Source of the DNA: the human T2T-CHM13v2.0 reference genome, Homo sapiens
Reading direction: 5' to 3' (one strand)
DNA: 64,000 bases
Assembly: GCF_009914755.1 (NCBI RefSeq)
Contig: NC_060926.1
The notes beneath the pieces are model-generated. The model was not told the origin of the DNA. It did no database searches and worked only from the letters and a program-made list of their open reading frames with translations. How positions within the stretch are numbered: position 1 is the first letter of the stretch; each line of letters opens with the position of its first letter. The position numbers and the translations under genes were made by a program. Shown here piece after piece: positions 49,020 through 60,420 of this stretch.

Positions 49020-52000
49020 GGAATCTATTTCAGTGACCTTCACTGCCAAAGGAGTAAAAAGAAGTACAGCGTATGATCCCTCCCAATCTGGGCCTAGAGA
49101 GGGAGAAAGAAAAGGAAGAGTCCTTACTAGTACTAAGTCCCCTGGTTGAATAAAGGTGGCCTTGGTTCATGGGTTTGGGCCTTTGACATTTGTTTCCGTT
49201 CCTGCAGGAAATGGGCCAAAGAACTTACATGGTTAATCAAATCAAAGGTTACATGGTTAATCAAATCAGAGGTTTCTTGGTCTAGAAGGAAATCATTGGT
49301 GAGAAAAGGCTGTCCTTACGTCATTTCAAAGGGAATTAAACTCAGCTTCAAAGGGGTGTTTCTAAAACAGTAGTGCCATGGGCATGAGAGTAATCCAGGG
49401 GAGATGAGTCTCTTAAGAAAGTTTTCTGAAGTGCCTTTTGATAATATCATGTTTCTTTTCTGCCTTTCCCAAGGAATGTGGTCTCCAAGCACCATGAAGA
49501 TGGTACTGTATACCTAGTGCCTTTGAGTCCCCCTGGGTGACAGCAACCTTGAATGAGAGGCTGTTATTGCCTGAAGGTACTTAGGGAGCCCAAAGTGAGG
49601 AATTATCTAATTAATTAGTACTTCTATCACCTCAGAGACTTTCTCTGTCAGACATGAAAATGCTTCTATCCAGTTAATGAAGGTATATACCCATACCAGG
49701 AGGTACTGGATGCCCCTTATCTTTGGAATATGGATGAAATCCATTTGCCAGTCTTCTCCCAGGTAGCCTCCCATTCTTTGGGCTCCAGCGGGGAGACACC
49801 ATTGACTGGGGGGATTATTTTTAAGGCAAGCCTCACAAGCATTAATGACCTGTTTGACCATTTTTACCTGACAACAACCTTTGAGCCAGTTGGTAGGTTT
49901 TATCCTTTCCTACGTGGAAGGCTTGGTGAAAGATTTTAAGAACTTTCCATTGGCTGGAATTTGGTAGATGAAGTTTGCCATCCTCCAGTTGTAGCTGAAA
50001 GGTATATCCTTGAGAGGAGGCCCATTCTATTTCTGCAGGAGAGTACTGAGTTTTTGTTTCTTTTATGGAGCCCTCCCAGATTAGAGGGGCCTCAAGTGGA
50101 TCAGAAATCTGGGGTACTCTAACTGCCAATTTAGCTGCTTGATCTACCAGTTTATTTCCCTCAGCAATTTCATCTATCTCCTTTTGGTGGCCTTTACAAT
50201 GTATTATGCCACTTCCCGTGGAAGGAAAACCAAGGATAATAGTCTGTTAATTTCCCGATGGTACTTAATGAGAGACCTATTAGCTGTGAGGAAGTCTGTC
50301 TCTTCCAGATCATGGCATGGGCATCGAGGATTGCAAAAGCATACTTAGAATCAGTATAAATGTTAACTGCTTTCCCTTTGCTTAAATGCCCCCATGAGGG
50401 CATTTAACTCAGCTAGTTGAGCACTTGCACCCGAGAAAACAGGTGCACTCACAATAGTGTCATTCAGGATGACTACTGTGTATTCTCCTTTATCCCTTGT
50501 TCTACAAAAGAAATTCTGTCTGTAAAGAGAGTCCATTCTGCATCCTCTAAGGGGTTTTTTTGAGGTCCTCTCTGGCTGCATAGGTTTGCACTACTATCTG
50601 TTCACAGTCATGTTCAGGCTTCCCAAGTTTCTCTGGGAGGGAGGTGGCTGGGTTTAGGAGAGCCAGATTCTTAACTGAACTGTAGATTCCTCCAATAGCA
50701 GAGCTTGATATTTGAGGAGGCAATTGTTTGTTAGCCAGAGACTCCCCTTAGAAGACAGCAGTCCTGCCAGGTTTTGTGGGGTATAAATGGCTAAGTTCTT
50801 CCCCATGATTAACTTAGTAGCCTCTGGCACCAGCTAAGCTACCGCTGCAACTGCCCAGAGGCAGGCCAGTCATCCTTTAGCCACTAAATCAAGTTCCTTG
50901 CTCAAGTAGCCCATGGGCTGTTGGGGTGGGCCTCAGACTGAGGATAGAACTCTGTGATGATTAATATTGAGTGTCAACTTGATTGGGTTGAAGTATGCAA
51001 AGTATTGTTCCTGGGTGTGTGTTTGATGGTGTTGCTAAAGGATATTAACATTTGAGTCAATGGACTGGGAAAGGCAGACCCACCCTCAATCTGGGTGGGC
51101 ACAATCTAATAAGCTGCCAGCATGGCTAGAATAAAAGCAGACAGAAGAATGGAAAAGACTGACTGGCTTAGTCTCACAGCCTAAATCTTTCTCCTGTGCT
51201 GGATGCTTCCTACCCTTGAACATTGGACTCCAAGTTCTTCAACTCTGGGACTCAGGGACTCAGACTGGCTTCCTTTCTTCTCAGCTTGCAGACAGCCTAC
51301 TGTGGGACCTCACTTTGTGATTGTGTGAGCCAATACTCCTTAATAAAGTCCCCTTTATATATACATCTATCCTATTAGTTCTGTCCCTCTAGAGAACCCT
51401 GACTAATACACCTTCCTCACTGATACATAAAGATTTAACATCTTCCCTATGGGAAGACTAAGGGCTTGTGCCTCAAGCAAGGCTTGTTTCAATTGGTGAA
51501 AGGCCCTTTTAATATTTGGTTCCCCAATTATGGAGTGAGTCTTAGCTGCCTGAGTTTCTTTCATTAGGTGATATAAGGGATGAGCTATCTCACTGTGCCC
51601 AGGTGTCCATAATCTGCAGAATCATGTAATGCCCAAGAACCCCCTCAGTTGTTTGAGGGTTTGAGGAGGGGAAAGTAGGAGATGGGCTTAATCCTTTATT
51701 CACCTGTTGCCCTGGTCTCCTCTGACAAGAGTAGACCTAGATACTTCACTGAAGTCTGACAGAGCTGAGTCTTAGATTTTGAGATCTTATGTCCTCTGTT
51801 ACCCTGAAAGTTAAGAAGAGGCTTACTGCCTTCCTGAGTGATTTCCTCAGTTAGGGCACAACAGATAATGTCATCTACATATTGTAAAATTTTAACCTGA
51901 GGATAAAGGAACTCAGAGAGACCCCTTGACAACACTTTACCAAACAGGTGGGGGCTGTCTCAGAATCCCTGAAGTACACCATCCAGGTTAGCTGGGTGGT

Positions 52001-52800
52001 CTGGTTGGAGGGATCCTCAAATGCAAACAAATATTGAGAGGCAGGGTATAGTGGTATGTAGAAAAAGGCATTCTTTAGTTCCAGGACTGTGAGCCCTTTA
52101 GTTCCCTCAGGTATTTGAGTTAGCAAAGTATAGGGATTGAGAACCACCAGATATATCGGAACCACAGCCTCATTTATGAGGTGGAGGTCCTGGAGCAGTC
52201 TGCATTCCCATTTGGATTTCTGTGCTCCCAATATTGGGGTATTACAAGGGCTGTTGCAGGGTTTGAGGAGGCCTGCCTCTTCAAGTTATCAATGATGGCT
52301 TCTAGCCCTTTCCTAGCTTCTGGTTTTAGGGCTCACTAAACTAGCTTCTGGTTAGTGAAGCAGGTGGGATCCTAAAGGTGGAGTTGGACCAGTATGGTGG
52401 TTGTGGCTTGATCAATTTTCCCTTGAGCTGCCAAAACTTCTGGATTAGTATTAGTCTGCACCAGTGGGAGACAAAGAGCCTGCCTTGGAGCCATAAGGAT
52501 GGTAGTTCCCTTATGAGGTAAAATATCCCTATGTAGCAGAGGAGTTGGCCTCCTGGCATGATTTAAAAGGCACGAGTAAGCAAGAGGTTTCCCCAACTGC
52601 AAGTGAGTGGTTGGGAAAAATATCAGGTTAAAGTTTTTCTTGAGATGCCCCTCATAGGCATGCTAAGGGAGGAGGGGAGGCCTGGATTGGAGAGGAGAAC
52701 AGAAATGGCTGTGCTGGTATCCAAGAGGAGGTTCACTTTCCTCTCTTCAACTTTCAGAGTCACTTGGGGCTCCTGAATGGCAATGACATTTTGAGTTATT
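49020..52800 (-). pseudogene. pol: ERV1 pro-pol remnant (protease, RT, RNase H, integrase)
   Basis: LLLDTSTAISVL (protease, DTG>DTS); QDLHLINEAV...LKNAFF...FAFED; LQYVDDI; NIYTDSKYAF; CEAC...GEDWQMDF; GPDWEGSYAVLLFTPLAVKV. Confidence 0.9.
50953..51410 (+). mobile_element. Solo MLT2A (A1/A2) LTR of HERV-L
   Basis: TGTGATGATTAATATTGAGTGTCAACTTG...CTAGAGAACCCTGACTAATACA, 458 bp. Confidence 0.93.
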
Positions 52801-52899
52801 GGAGCCAGGGAGAGAAGCCCAAGGACTCCTCAGTCCTGCTGGACCATTTGTGAGTCTGGCTCTGGACTCAGTGACCTGCATCTCTGGGGACAGTCCACC

Positions 52900-53421
52900 C
52901 TCCAATGGTTCCCTCCAGAGATTGGACAGGGTCAAGGTGGCTTCCTCATGCTGCCTGGGCAGTTGTTAAGGTGCCCTGGCTTGCCACATTTGTAGGAGTT
53001 ATCAGGTGCATCTCAGGGATTCTGGGTTTTTAAGCCTGCAAGGCAGCTATTAGAGACTGTACCTTTTTTCTTGTGTCTCCTCTCTCTCTCTTCAGTCTCC
53101 TCCTGATCCCTGTTGTAAAAGACCAAAGTAGCCACTTTCAGGAGGTTCTCTAAAGTGCTATCTTGTCCCATGGCCTGCTTCTGCAGCTTCCTCCTGATAC
53201 CAGGGGCTGCCTCCTAAACTTACTCTTTAGGATTAGTTGTCCCTCAAATGAATTAGGGGATAGAGAGGTGTACCAAGGCTTCTCTTAGCCTCTCCAGAAA
53301 GGAAATGGGTCATCTGATCCCTGGTCTATCATGGATAGTTTGGAGTAATTGAGAGGCTTAGTTTTAGTCCTTCATAAGCAACCAATATGCACATCTGAAA
53401 GTGTTTCCTCCTCTATTCTCC
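52900..53421 (-). pseudogene. gag: ERV1 gag 3' part (CA end and NC)
   Basis: Decayed zinc knuckle YKCGKPGHLNNCP near 52960-53000; continues the gag segment that ends at 60078. Confidence 0.75.
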
Positions 53422-53467
53422 CATGTTGTATTAGTCAGGGCTCTCTAGAGGGACAGAACTAATAGGA

Positions 53468-53870
53468 GATATATATATATCTCTCTCTCTATATATATAG
53501 ATATATATATATATATCTATGTATTTATGTACAGATATATATATATCTATGTATTTATATATAGATATATATATCTCTATGTATTTATATATAGATATAT
53601 ATATGTATTTATATATATATATCTATGTATTTATATATAGATATATATATATGTATTTATATATAGAGATATATATATCTATGTATTTATATATAGAGAT
53701 ATATATATCTATGTATTTATATATAGAGATATATATAAAATAATATCTCCTATATCTCCTATTGTGTGTGTGTGTGTATATATATGTGTGTGTATATGTG
53801 TGTATATATATATCTGTGTATATATATGTGTATATATATATCTCCTACATATATATCATATATATATATG
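53468..53870. repeat. Expanded TA-rich minisatellite (~30-bp unit) within the HERV-L 3'LTR
   Basis: Unit approx. TCTATGTATTTATATATAGAGATATATATA; gives the 10-aa periodic ORF at 53519. Confidence 0.9.
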
Positions 53871-54630
53871 GGAATTTATTAAGTATTAACTTACAAAATC
53901 ACAAGGTCTCACAACAGGCCATCTGCAAGCTGTGGAGCAAGGAGAGCCAGTTCAAGTCCCAAAACTGAAAAATTTGGAGTCTGATGTTCCAGAGCAGGAA
54001 GCATTCAGCATAGGAGAAAGATGTAGGCTGGGAGGCTAGGCCATCTGGTCTTTTCACAATTTTCTGTCTGCTTTATATTATAGCCACACTGGCAGCTGAT
54101 TAGATTGTGCCCACCCAGATCAAGGGTGGATCTGTCTTTTCCAGCCCACTGATTCAAATGTTAATGTTCTTTGGCAACACCCTCACAGACACACCCAGGA
54201 TCAATACTTTGCATCCCTCAATCCAATCAAGTTGACAGTCATTATTAACCATCACAAGTCAACCCCTTGTCAACTTGAACCCATACACATGTCCTGAGAT
54301 TATACATAATCAAATAAAGACAACAATAAGGTAATAATTACACCTAACATAATAAAACTATCCTTTGTACATCAGGAAACGCACCAATCCCCAACCCAAA
54401 TACTATTACATAAAGTTAATAATACTTAAATGCTGAGGTGAAGTCAATAAATCTTATGTCACATGATAGAGGGAAAAGGAAATAAAATGAAGATGTTTTC
54501 TTAGTACAGGTGTATACATGCACAAACATGTTTTTAATGAAAGAAGGAGGAAATACTTATGACAATTACAGTCCTCATTTCTGCAGCTGGTCATGTGGTC
54601 ATAGCTGGTATTGATGACTACCTTCTTCAA

Positions 54631-54672
54631 CTACCCATTCTGTATTCCCTTTGCCTTCAGCAAGCACCTCAG

Positions 54673-54703
<31 letters not shown>

Positions 54704-55060
54704 CCTGGTGGAATGACCCAAGCCTTCATTCCTGAAGGGTCTGGGTCATTTGTAGTCCCACCTGGGTTGGGGTGTTGCAGTTTCCCATTGACATTAATCA
54801 CAGGGCATGGTAATACTGTGAGATGCCCTAATGGATCTCCTATATTCCACGTATACTGTTCCTTACCTTTGTTGTGGAGTAGTAGACTGATTTCATCTTG
54901 ATAGTCCAGGTCAATCACATCAGCCAACGCTGTAACTCCCTTCTTAACCTGTTGTCTTAAAGGTAGGAGGAGCCCAAAGTGTCCAGGTGGCAATCTTAAC
55001 ATCCAGTTTAATGAATCATTGTTGTGTCTCCTGGTGGAAGCATTCCCCTCTCTAGAACTA
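54631..55060 (-). pseudogene. HERV-L dUTPase remnant
   Basis: LRLPPGHFGLLLP...GVTALADVIDLDYQDEISLLLHN (dUTPase motifs), downstream of integrase. Confidence 0.88.
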
Positions 55061-58000
55061 AGACTTCTAGACTAGTAGAATGTAATGCCATGGGAACAGG
55101 AAGCAAGAATTTTGCTAGTGTATCACTAGAAGTGATGGTGAGTGGTGCCACTTCCACTTCCACCCCTTGATTCCTGGACCTGTGAATCCTGTCTATGGGA
55201 GAAACAGTACCATATATTGGATGCTGATTCAGAACATGCATGGCCTTCTGGAGAACTTTGCCTCATCCAAGCGAAGTATTATCACCTAGTTGGCATTGTA
55301 ATTGTGACTTCAAAAGGCCATTGCACAGTTTTTATCAGTCCAGCTGCTTCAGGATGATGGGGAACATGATAAGACCAGTGAATTCCATAAGCATGATCCC
55401 ACTGCCCCACTTTTTTAGCTGTAAAGTGAGTGCCTTGGTCAGAGGCAATGCTGTGTGGAATAACATGATGATGGATAAGGCATTCTGTGAGTCCATGGAT
55501 GGTAGTCTTGGCAGGAGCATTGTGGGCAGGATACACAAACCCATATCCGGAGTAAGTGTGTATTCCATTGGGCACAAATCTCTGCCCCTTCCTTGATGGA
55601 AGAGGTTCAGTATAATCAACCTGCTACCAGGTAGCTGGTTGATCACCCTGAGGAATGGTGCCATATTGTGGGCTCAGTGTTGGTCTCTGCTGCTGGCAAA
55701 TTGGGCACTCAGCAGTGCCCATAGCCAGGTCAGCCTTGGTGAGTGAAAATCCATGTTGCTGAGCCCATGCATAACCTCCAATCCTCCCATCATGGCCACT
55801 TTTCTCATGGGCCCATTGGGCCATGACAGGCTTGGCTGGGGAAAGAGGCTGAGTGGTGTCCACAGAACGGGTCATCCTATCCACTTGATTATTAAAATCC
55901 TCCTGTGCTGAGGTTACCCATAGGTGAGCACTCACATGGGATACAAATATCTTCACAGTTTTGACCACTTAGAGAGGTCCATCCACATATCTCTGCCCCA
56001 AATTTCTTTGTCACCAATTTTCCAATCATGCTGCTTCCACATCCCTGATCATCAAGCCAAACCATTGGCTACAGTTCACGAATCAGCATATAATCACACA
56101 TCTGGCCATTTCTCTATCCATGCAAAGTGCACAACCAGGTGCACTGCTCAAAGTTCTGCCTACTGGGAAGAATTCCCTTTACCACTGTCCTTCAGGGATG
56201 TCCTAAAAAGGGGCTGTACTGCTGCAGCTGTCTACTTTTGGGTGGTACCTGTATATTGTGCAGAACCATCTGTGAACCAGGACTTAATCTTCTCTTCCTC
56301 TTTCAACTGATCATAGGTAACTCCCCATGAAGCCATCAGTGCAGGCTGGGGAAGAGAAGGTACGGAGGCAGGAGGGGAGCATTTGAGCCACTTCCTCAAG
56401 TAACTTACTTTTGCCTTCAGAACCTGCTTGAGCCCAATCACGTATATACCACTTCCATTTGATGATGGAATGCTGCTGTGCGTGCCCCACTTTATGACTA
56501 GATGGGTCAGAAAGCACCCAGTTCATGATAGGCAGTTCAGGTCACATGGTGACTTGATGACCCATAGTCAAACGTTCAGTTTCCACCAAAGCCCAGTAAC
56601 AGACCAACATCTGTCTCTCAAAAGGAGAGTAGTTATCTGCAGAAGATGGCAGGGCCTGCTCCAAAATTTTAGAGGCCTCTGCTGTGATTCACCTATGGGG
56701 GCCTGCCAGAGGCTCTGATCAGCATCCCTATCTGCCGCTGTCACCTCAAGCACTATTGAATTTGCTGGGTCATATGGCCCAAGTGGCAGAGCAGCTTGCA
56801 CAGCATCCTTGATCTGTTGCAGAGCCTTCTCCTGTTCTGGAGCCCACTCAAAACTGGCAGCCTTTTGGGTAACTCGATGAATAGGCCACAGTAACACACC
56901 CATATGAGGAATGTCTTGCCTGCAAAATCCAAATAGGCCCACTAGGCATTGTGCCTCTTTCTTGGTTGTAGGTGGGGTCAAATTCAGCAACTTATCCTTC
57001 ACCTTAGAAGGAATGTCTTGAAAGATCCCACACAACTGGACCCCTAGAAAGTTTACTGAGGCAGAAGTTCCCTAAATTTTAGTCAGATTTATTTTCCATC
57101 TTCTGGCATGCAAATATATCACCAATAAGCCCTGTGTGTTTGCTACTTCTTGCTCACTGGATTTCATCAGTATAAGACATGAATGTAATGAACGAGTGTG
57201 ACATCTTGTAGAAGTAAAAAGCGATCAAGGTGTCTCCGAAAAAGATTATGACACAAAGCTGGAGAGTTGATATACCCCTGAGGTAGGACAGTAAAGGTAT
57301 ATTGCTGGCCTTGCCAGTTGAAAGCAAATTGCTTCTAGTGGGCCTTATGGACAGGAATGGAGAAAAAGGCATTTGCCAACTCAATGGCTGCATACCAGAT
57401 ACCAGGAGATGTGTTAATTTTCTCAAGCAATAAAACCACATGTGGTACAGCAGCTGCAAATGGAGTCACCACTTGGTTAAGCTTTTGATAATCGACGATC
57501 ATTCTCCAAGATCTATCTGTCTTCTGCATAGGCCTTATGGGAGAGTTGAACAGGAATGTGGTGGGAATCACCACCCCTGTGTCTTTTGAGTCCTTGATGG
57601 TGGCACTAATCTCCGCAGTCCCTCCAGGGATATGGTATTGTTTTCAATTTACTATTTTTCTAGGTAGAGGCAGCTCTAATGACTTCCATTTGGCCTTTCC
57701 CACCATAATAGCCCTCACCTTACCTGTCAGAGAGCCAATGTGAGAGTTCTGCCAGCCTGCTAAGTATGTCTATGCCAATTATGTGTTCTAGCACTGGAGG
57801 AATAATCACAGGATGCACCACAATTCAGACCTGAGCTAAAACTCCATTAGTTACCTGACCTCCATAACCCCCTACTTTAACTGGAGGACCACAGTGACAT
57901 TTTGGGTCCCTAAGAATCAATGTCAGCTCAGAGGCAGTGACCATTAGTCCCCGAATTATCTGATCTTTTCCCTTCCTCCAATGCACAGTTACCCTAGTAA

Positions 58001-58082
58001 AATGCTGGAGGTTTCCTTGGGGAAGAATGGGAGAAAGATTAACAGCATAAATTGTCAGTAGTGTAGTGGTGTCCTTCCTCAA
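55060..58082 (-). pseudogene. pol: HERV-L pro-pol remnant
   Basis: GLMVTASELTLI (decayed protease); [24 protein letters not shown]...[10 protein letters not shown] (RT); WFTDGSA (RNase H); CPICQQ...IASDQGTHF...HHPEAAGLI (integrase). Confidence 0.92.
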
Positions 58083-58099
58083 GAGGTCTTGGCTCCCCC

Positions 58100-59765
58100 T
58101 TCATTCAAAGGGTTCTGTGTCTGTAAACTGGCTCAAGTCTGGAATTTCACTGAGGGGCCATGATTCTCTGTTTTTATAATTCAAATTCATCTTTTGTCCC
58201 TTCTACGTAGAAGTTTTCTGCTTATATAAATTAAGTAGAAATACAGTAGGCTTCCTATCAATTTCACTTCCAGGAACTCCGTGATTAATTAGCCAATGCT
58301 AGAGCTCTACTTGAGTCAGACTATTCTGATTGCTTCTTTGTCTCTGCTATCCATTACGGTACCTATGCTCACCTTGCTTTTGATGGTTGAGTGTCGCCAC
58401 TTGGTCCCTGCCATCTCAGGATCCAATTATTCCAATTGTGTTTAAATTTTGTAGATGAGAACTGCGGTTCCTACTATTAGATCTGACATACAGAGAAGAG
58501 CAATTACAGGGCTCTTCAAAGATGCGGGTGCTATCCTCACAAATCTATTTTGCAAGGCATTGGTCAAGTTATATCTTCTGGACCCTCTCAGCTAGGATGA
58601 TTAGGTCTGAAGTGACTAATCCACTCCAGCATCCCAATCTCCCTAAGCCTTTGGATCCTTTCCTCTATATTAAACCAAGGGAGATCAGGCACAGTAGGCC
58701 ATCTTTTAATCCATATTTCAGCTAACCAAGCAAATAAACTACTAGAACCTTTTTTACTCCCCAAGCTGCAATATTAAATTCAGAGTCCCTACTTAGTGGG
58801 CCCAAATCAATAAATTTAGCCTGATCCAACTCTATGTTTCTTCCACTATTATCCCACACCCTTAATATCCATTCCCATGCCTGTTCTCCAGATTTCTGTT
58901 TATATAAATTAGAAAACTCAAGCAGTTATTTTCGAGTGTAGTACACCTCCTCGTGGTCACACTCTCAACCTCATCTCTAGGGGCCTGCCGGGACTTTAGT
59001 CTAGTTATAGATCTAGAAGCAAACAGGTGTTGGGTGTGGCTCCTGAGAAGAATCAACATTATCTTTCCTGGCAACTGCCTCAGGGGAAGTCATCACTGTT
59101 GCTTCAGGCAGCACAGGGTTTATCTCCTCAGACAAAGGTGGAAAGGCTGATGGCAGCATGGGTTGGGGAGGGGCTGTTGCCACTACTGGGCATGGGGATG
59201 CTTTTCCTTCTGGCAAAAAAGTTTCATCAGAGTTTACAAACTCAGTGTCCCCATCTTCATCAGCATCCTTCCACATGTTCCCATTCCAAGTTGCAGGGTC
59301 CCATTCTTTTCCAATCAATGCCCTCACTTTAATGGTAGACACCTGGAAAGGCTGCACATGCACTTTTTGTTGTAGGTTAGCCACTCACATGATAAGAGCT
59401 TCTGTCTTTTTTTCCACAATTTCAGCTCGTTCTCTACAGGAGATAGGTCTCTCAGGGAAACCTTGGCAGATTTGAGGCTCAGTATCTGCTTCTGAAGTTG
59501 GGAGATAGAATCCCTGGGTTCCTCATTTTCTTTCATCACTTTGTCTACTGAACTTAGGAGCAACCAACCAGCTTTATTACATTCCCCACATATGGTCAAA
59601 GGTATTATATATATAGTCACTTAACTCCTTGCCTCTCATGTTTGGTGACTCAGGAGTGTCAAATGCATTTATTTTGTGTATCTCTATAAGCAGTTCACAC
59701 CAAGGACTGTCAGTGTTCTCCATACTATTAGAAGTAGAGTCCTTAGCATTTTTGAGTCTAATCAT
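58100..59765 (-). pseudogene. gag: HERV-L gag remnant
   Basis: MIRLKNAKDSTSNSMENTDSPWCEL; KVRALIGKEWDPATWNGNMW; frameshifted. Confidence 0.88.
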
Positions 59766-59834
59766 ATTAAGCAGCCAACTCCAGAAACCCTAAAACCAAT
59801 GAAAGAACTCTATCCTTAATATTCTGTTCCTCTA

Positions 59835-59852
59835 GAACCACTCCTGGTACCA
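59835..59852 (-). other. HERV-L primer-binding site (tRNA-Leu-like)
   Basis: TGGTACCAGGAGTGGTTC just inside the 5'LTR. Confidence 0.75.
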
Positions 59853-60077
59853 AAATCTGTATTAGCCAGGGTTCTCTAGAGGGACAGAACTAATAGGAGA
59901 TATACTGGCAGCTGATTAGTTGGTGCCCACCCAGATTAAGAGTTGGTCTGATTTTCCCAGCCCACTGACTCAAATGTTAATCTCCTTTGGCAACACCCTC
60001 ACAGACACACCCCAGATTAATACTTTGCCTCCTTCAATTCACTGAAGTTGACACTCAGTATTAACCATCACACATGT

Positions 60078-60420
60078 CATCATTGGGGTCCCATTTAGGG
60101 TCCTCCAATGGTACTGCTGTTTTTCCAATTGTATAAAGCTCTTCCCCTTGCTTGGCACTATATGAGGTACAAAGCTCATCCCCAAATTTCTCTGCCACTT
60201 GCAGGGCTGTCTGCTTCTCAGCGGTAGTCAGGATTCGATTCCAAAGTAACATTACATCCTTCCAGGAGAGTTCAAATACTTGGGTTAAATTCTGGAAAGC
60301 CTCTATATAACTGTCCGGGTCATCTGAAAACCTGCCAAGATCCCCCTAAATTTGTCTTAAGTCCTGTAGAGTTCAGGAGACCTGTATCTTAATGGGTTAT
60401 ATTCACAAGGCATTTTCTAT
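60078..60420 (-). pseudogene. gag: ERV1 gag CA N-terminal part
   Basis: MLLWNRILTTAEKQTALQVAEKFGDEL...GKTAVPLEDPKWD resembles gamma-type CA (MLLLNQTLT...FGD...AVP...W). Confidence 0.8.

Larger units (their letters stand above)
53427..60072 (-). mobile_element. Two-LTR HERV-L provirus with MLT2A1-type LTRs (5'LTR 59858-60072, 3'LTR 53427-54256)
   Basis: 5-bp TSD CATGT at 53422-53426 and 60073-60077; polypurine tract AAGGGGTTGACT; gag, pol and dUTPase remnants, no env. Confidence 0.95.

Noticed and set aside
51411-53426. Inversion between the inverted MLT2A LTRs as the cause of the missing TSD
   Set aside because: The intervening gag-pro-RT keeps the same orientation and order as the rest of the ERV1, and the HERV-L TSD CATGT is intact on both sides.
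53519-53968. Repetitive Tyr/Ile-rich ORFs
   Set aside because: Translations of the TA-rich minisatellite.
53427-60072. Coding-competent or domesticated HERV-L gag (Fv1-like) or pol
   Set aside because: Fragmented into ORFs of at most 155 aa, and the protease catalytic motif has decayed.
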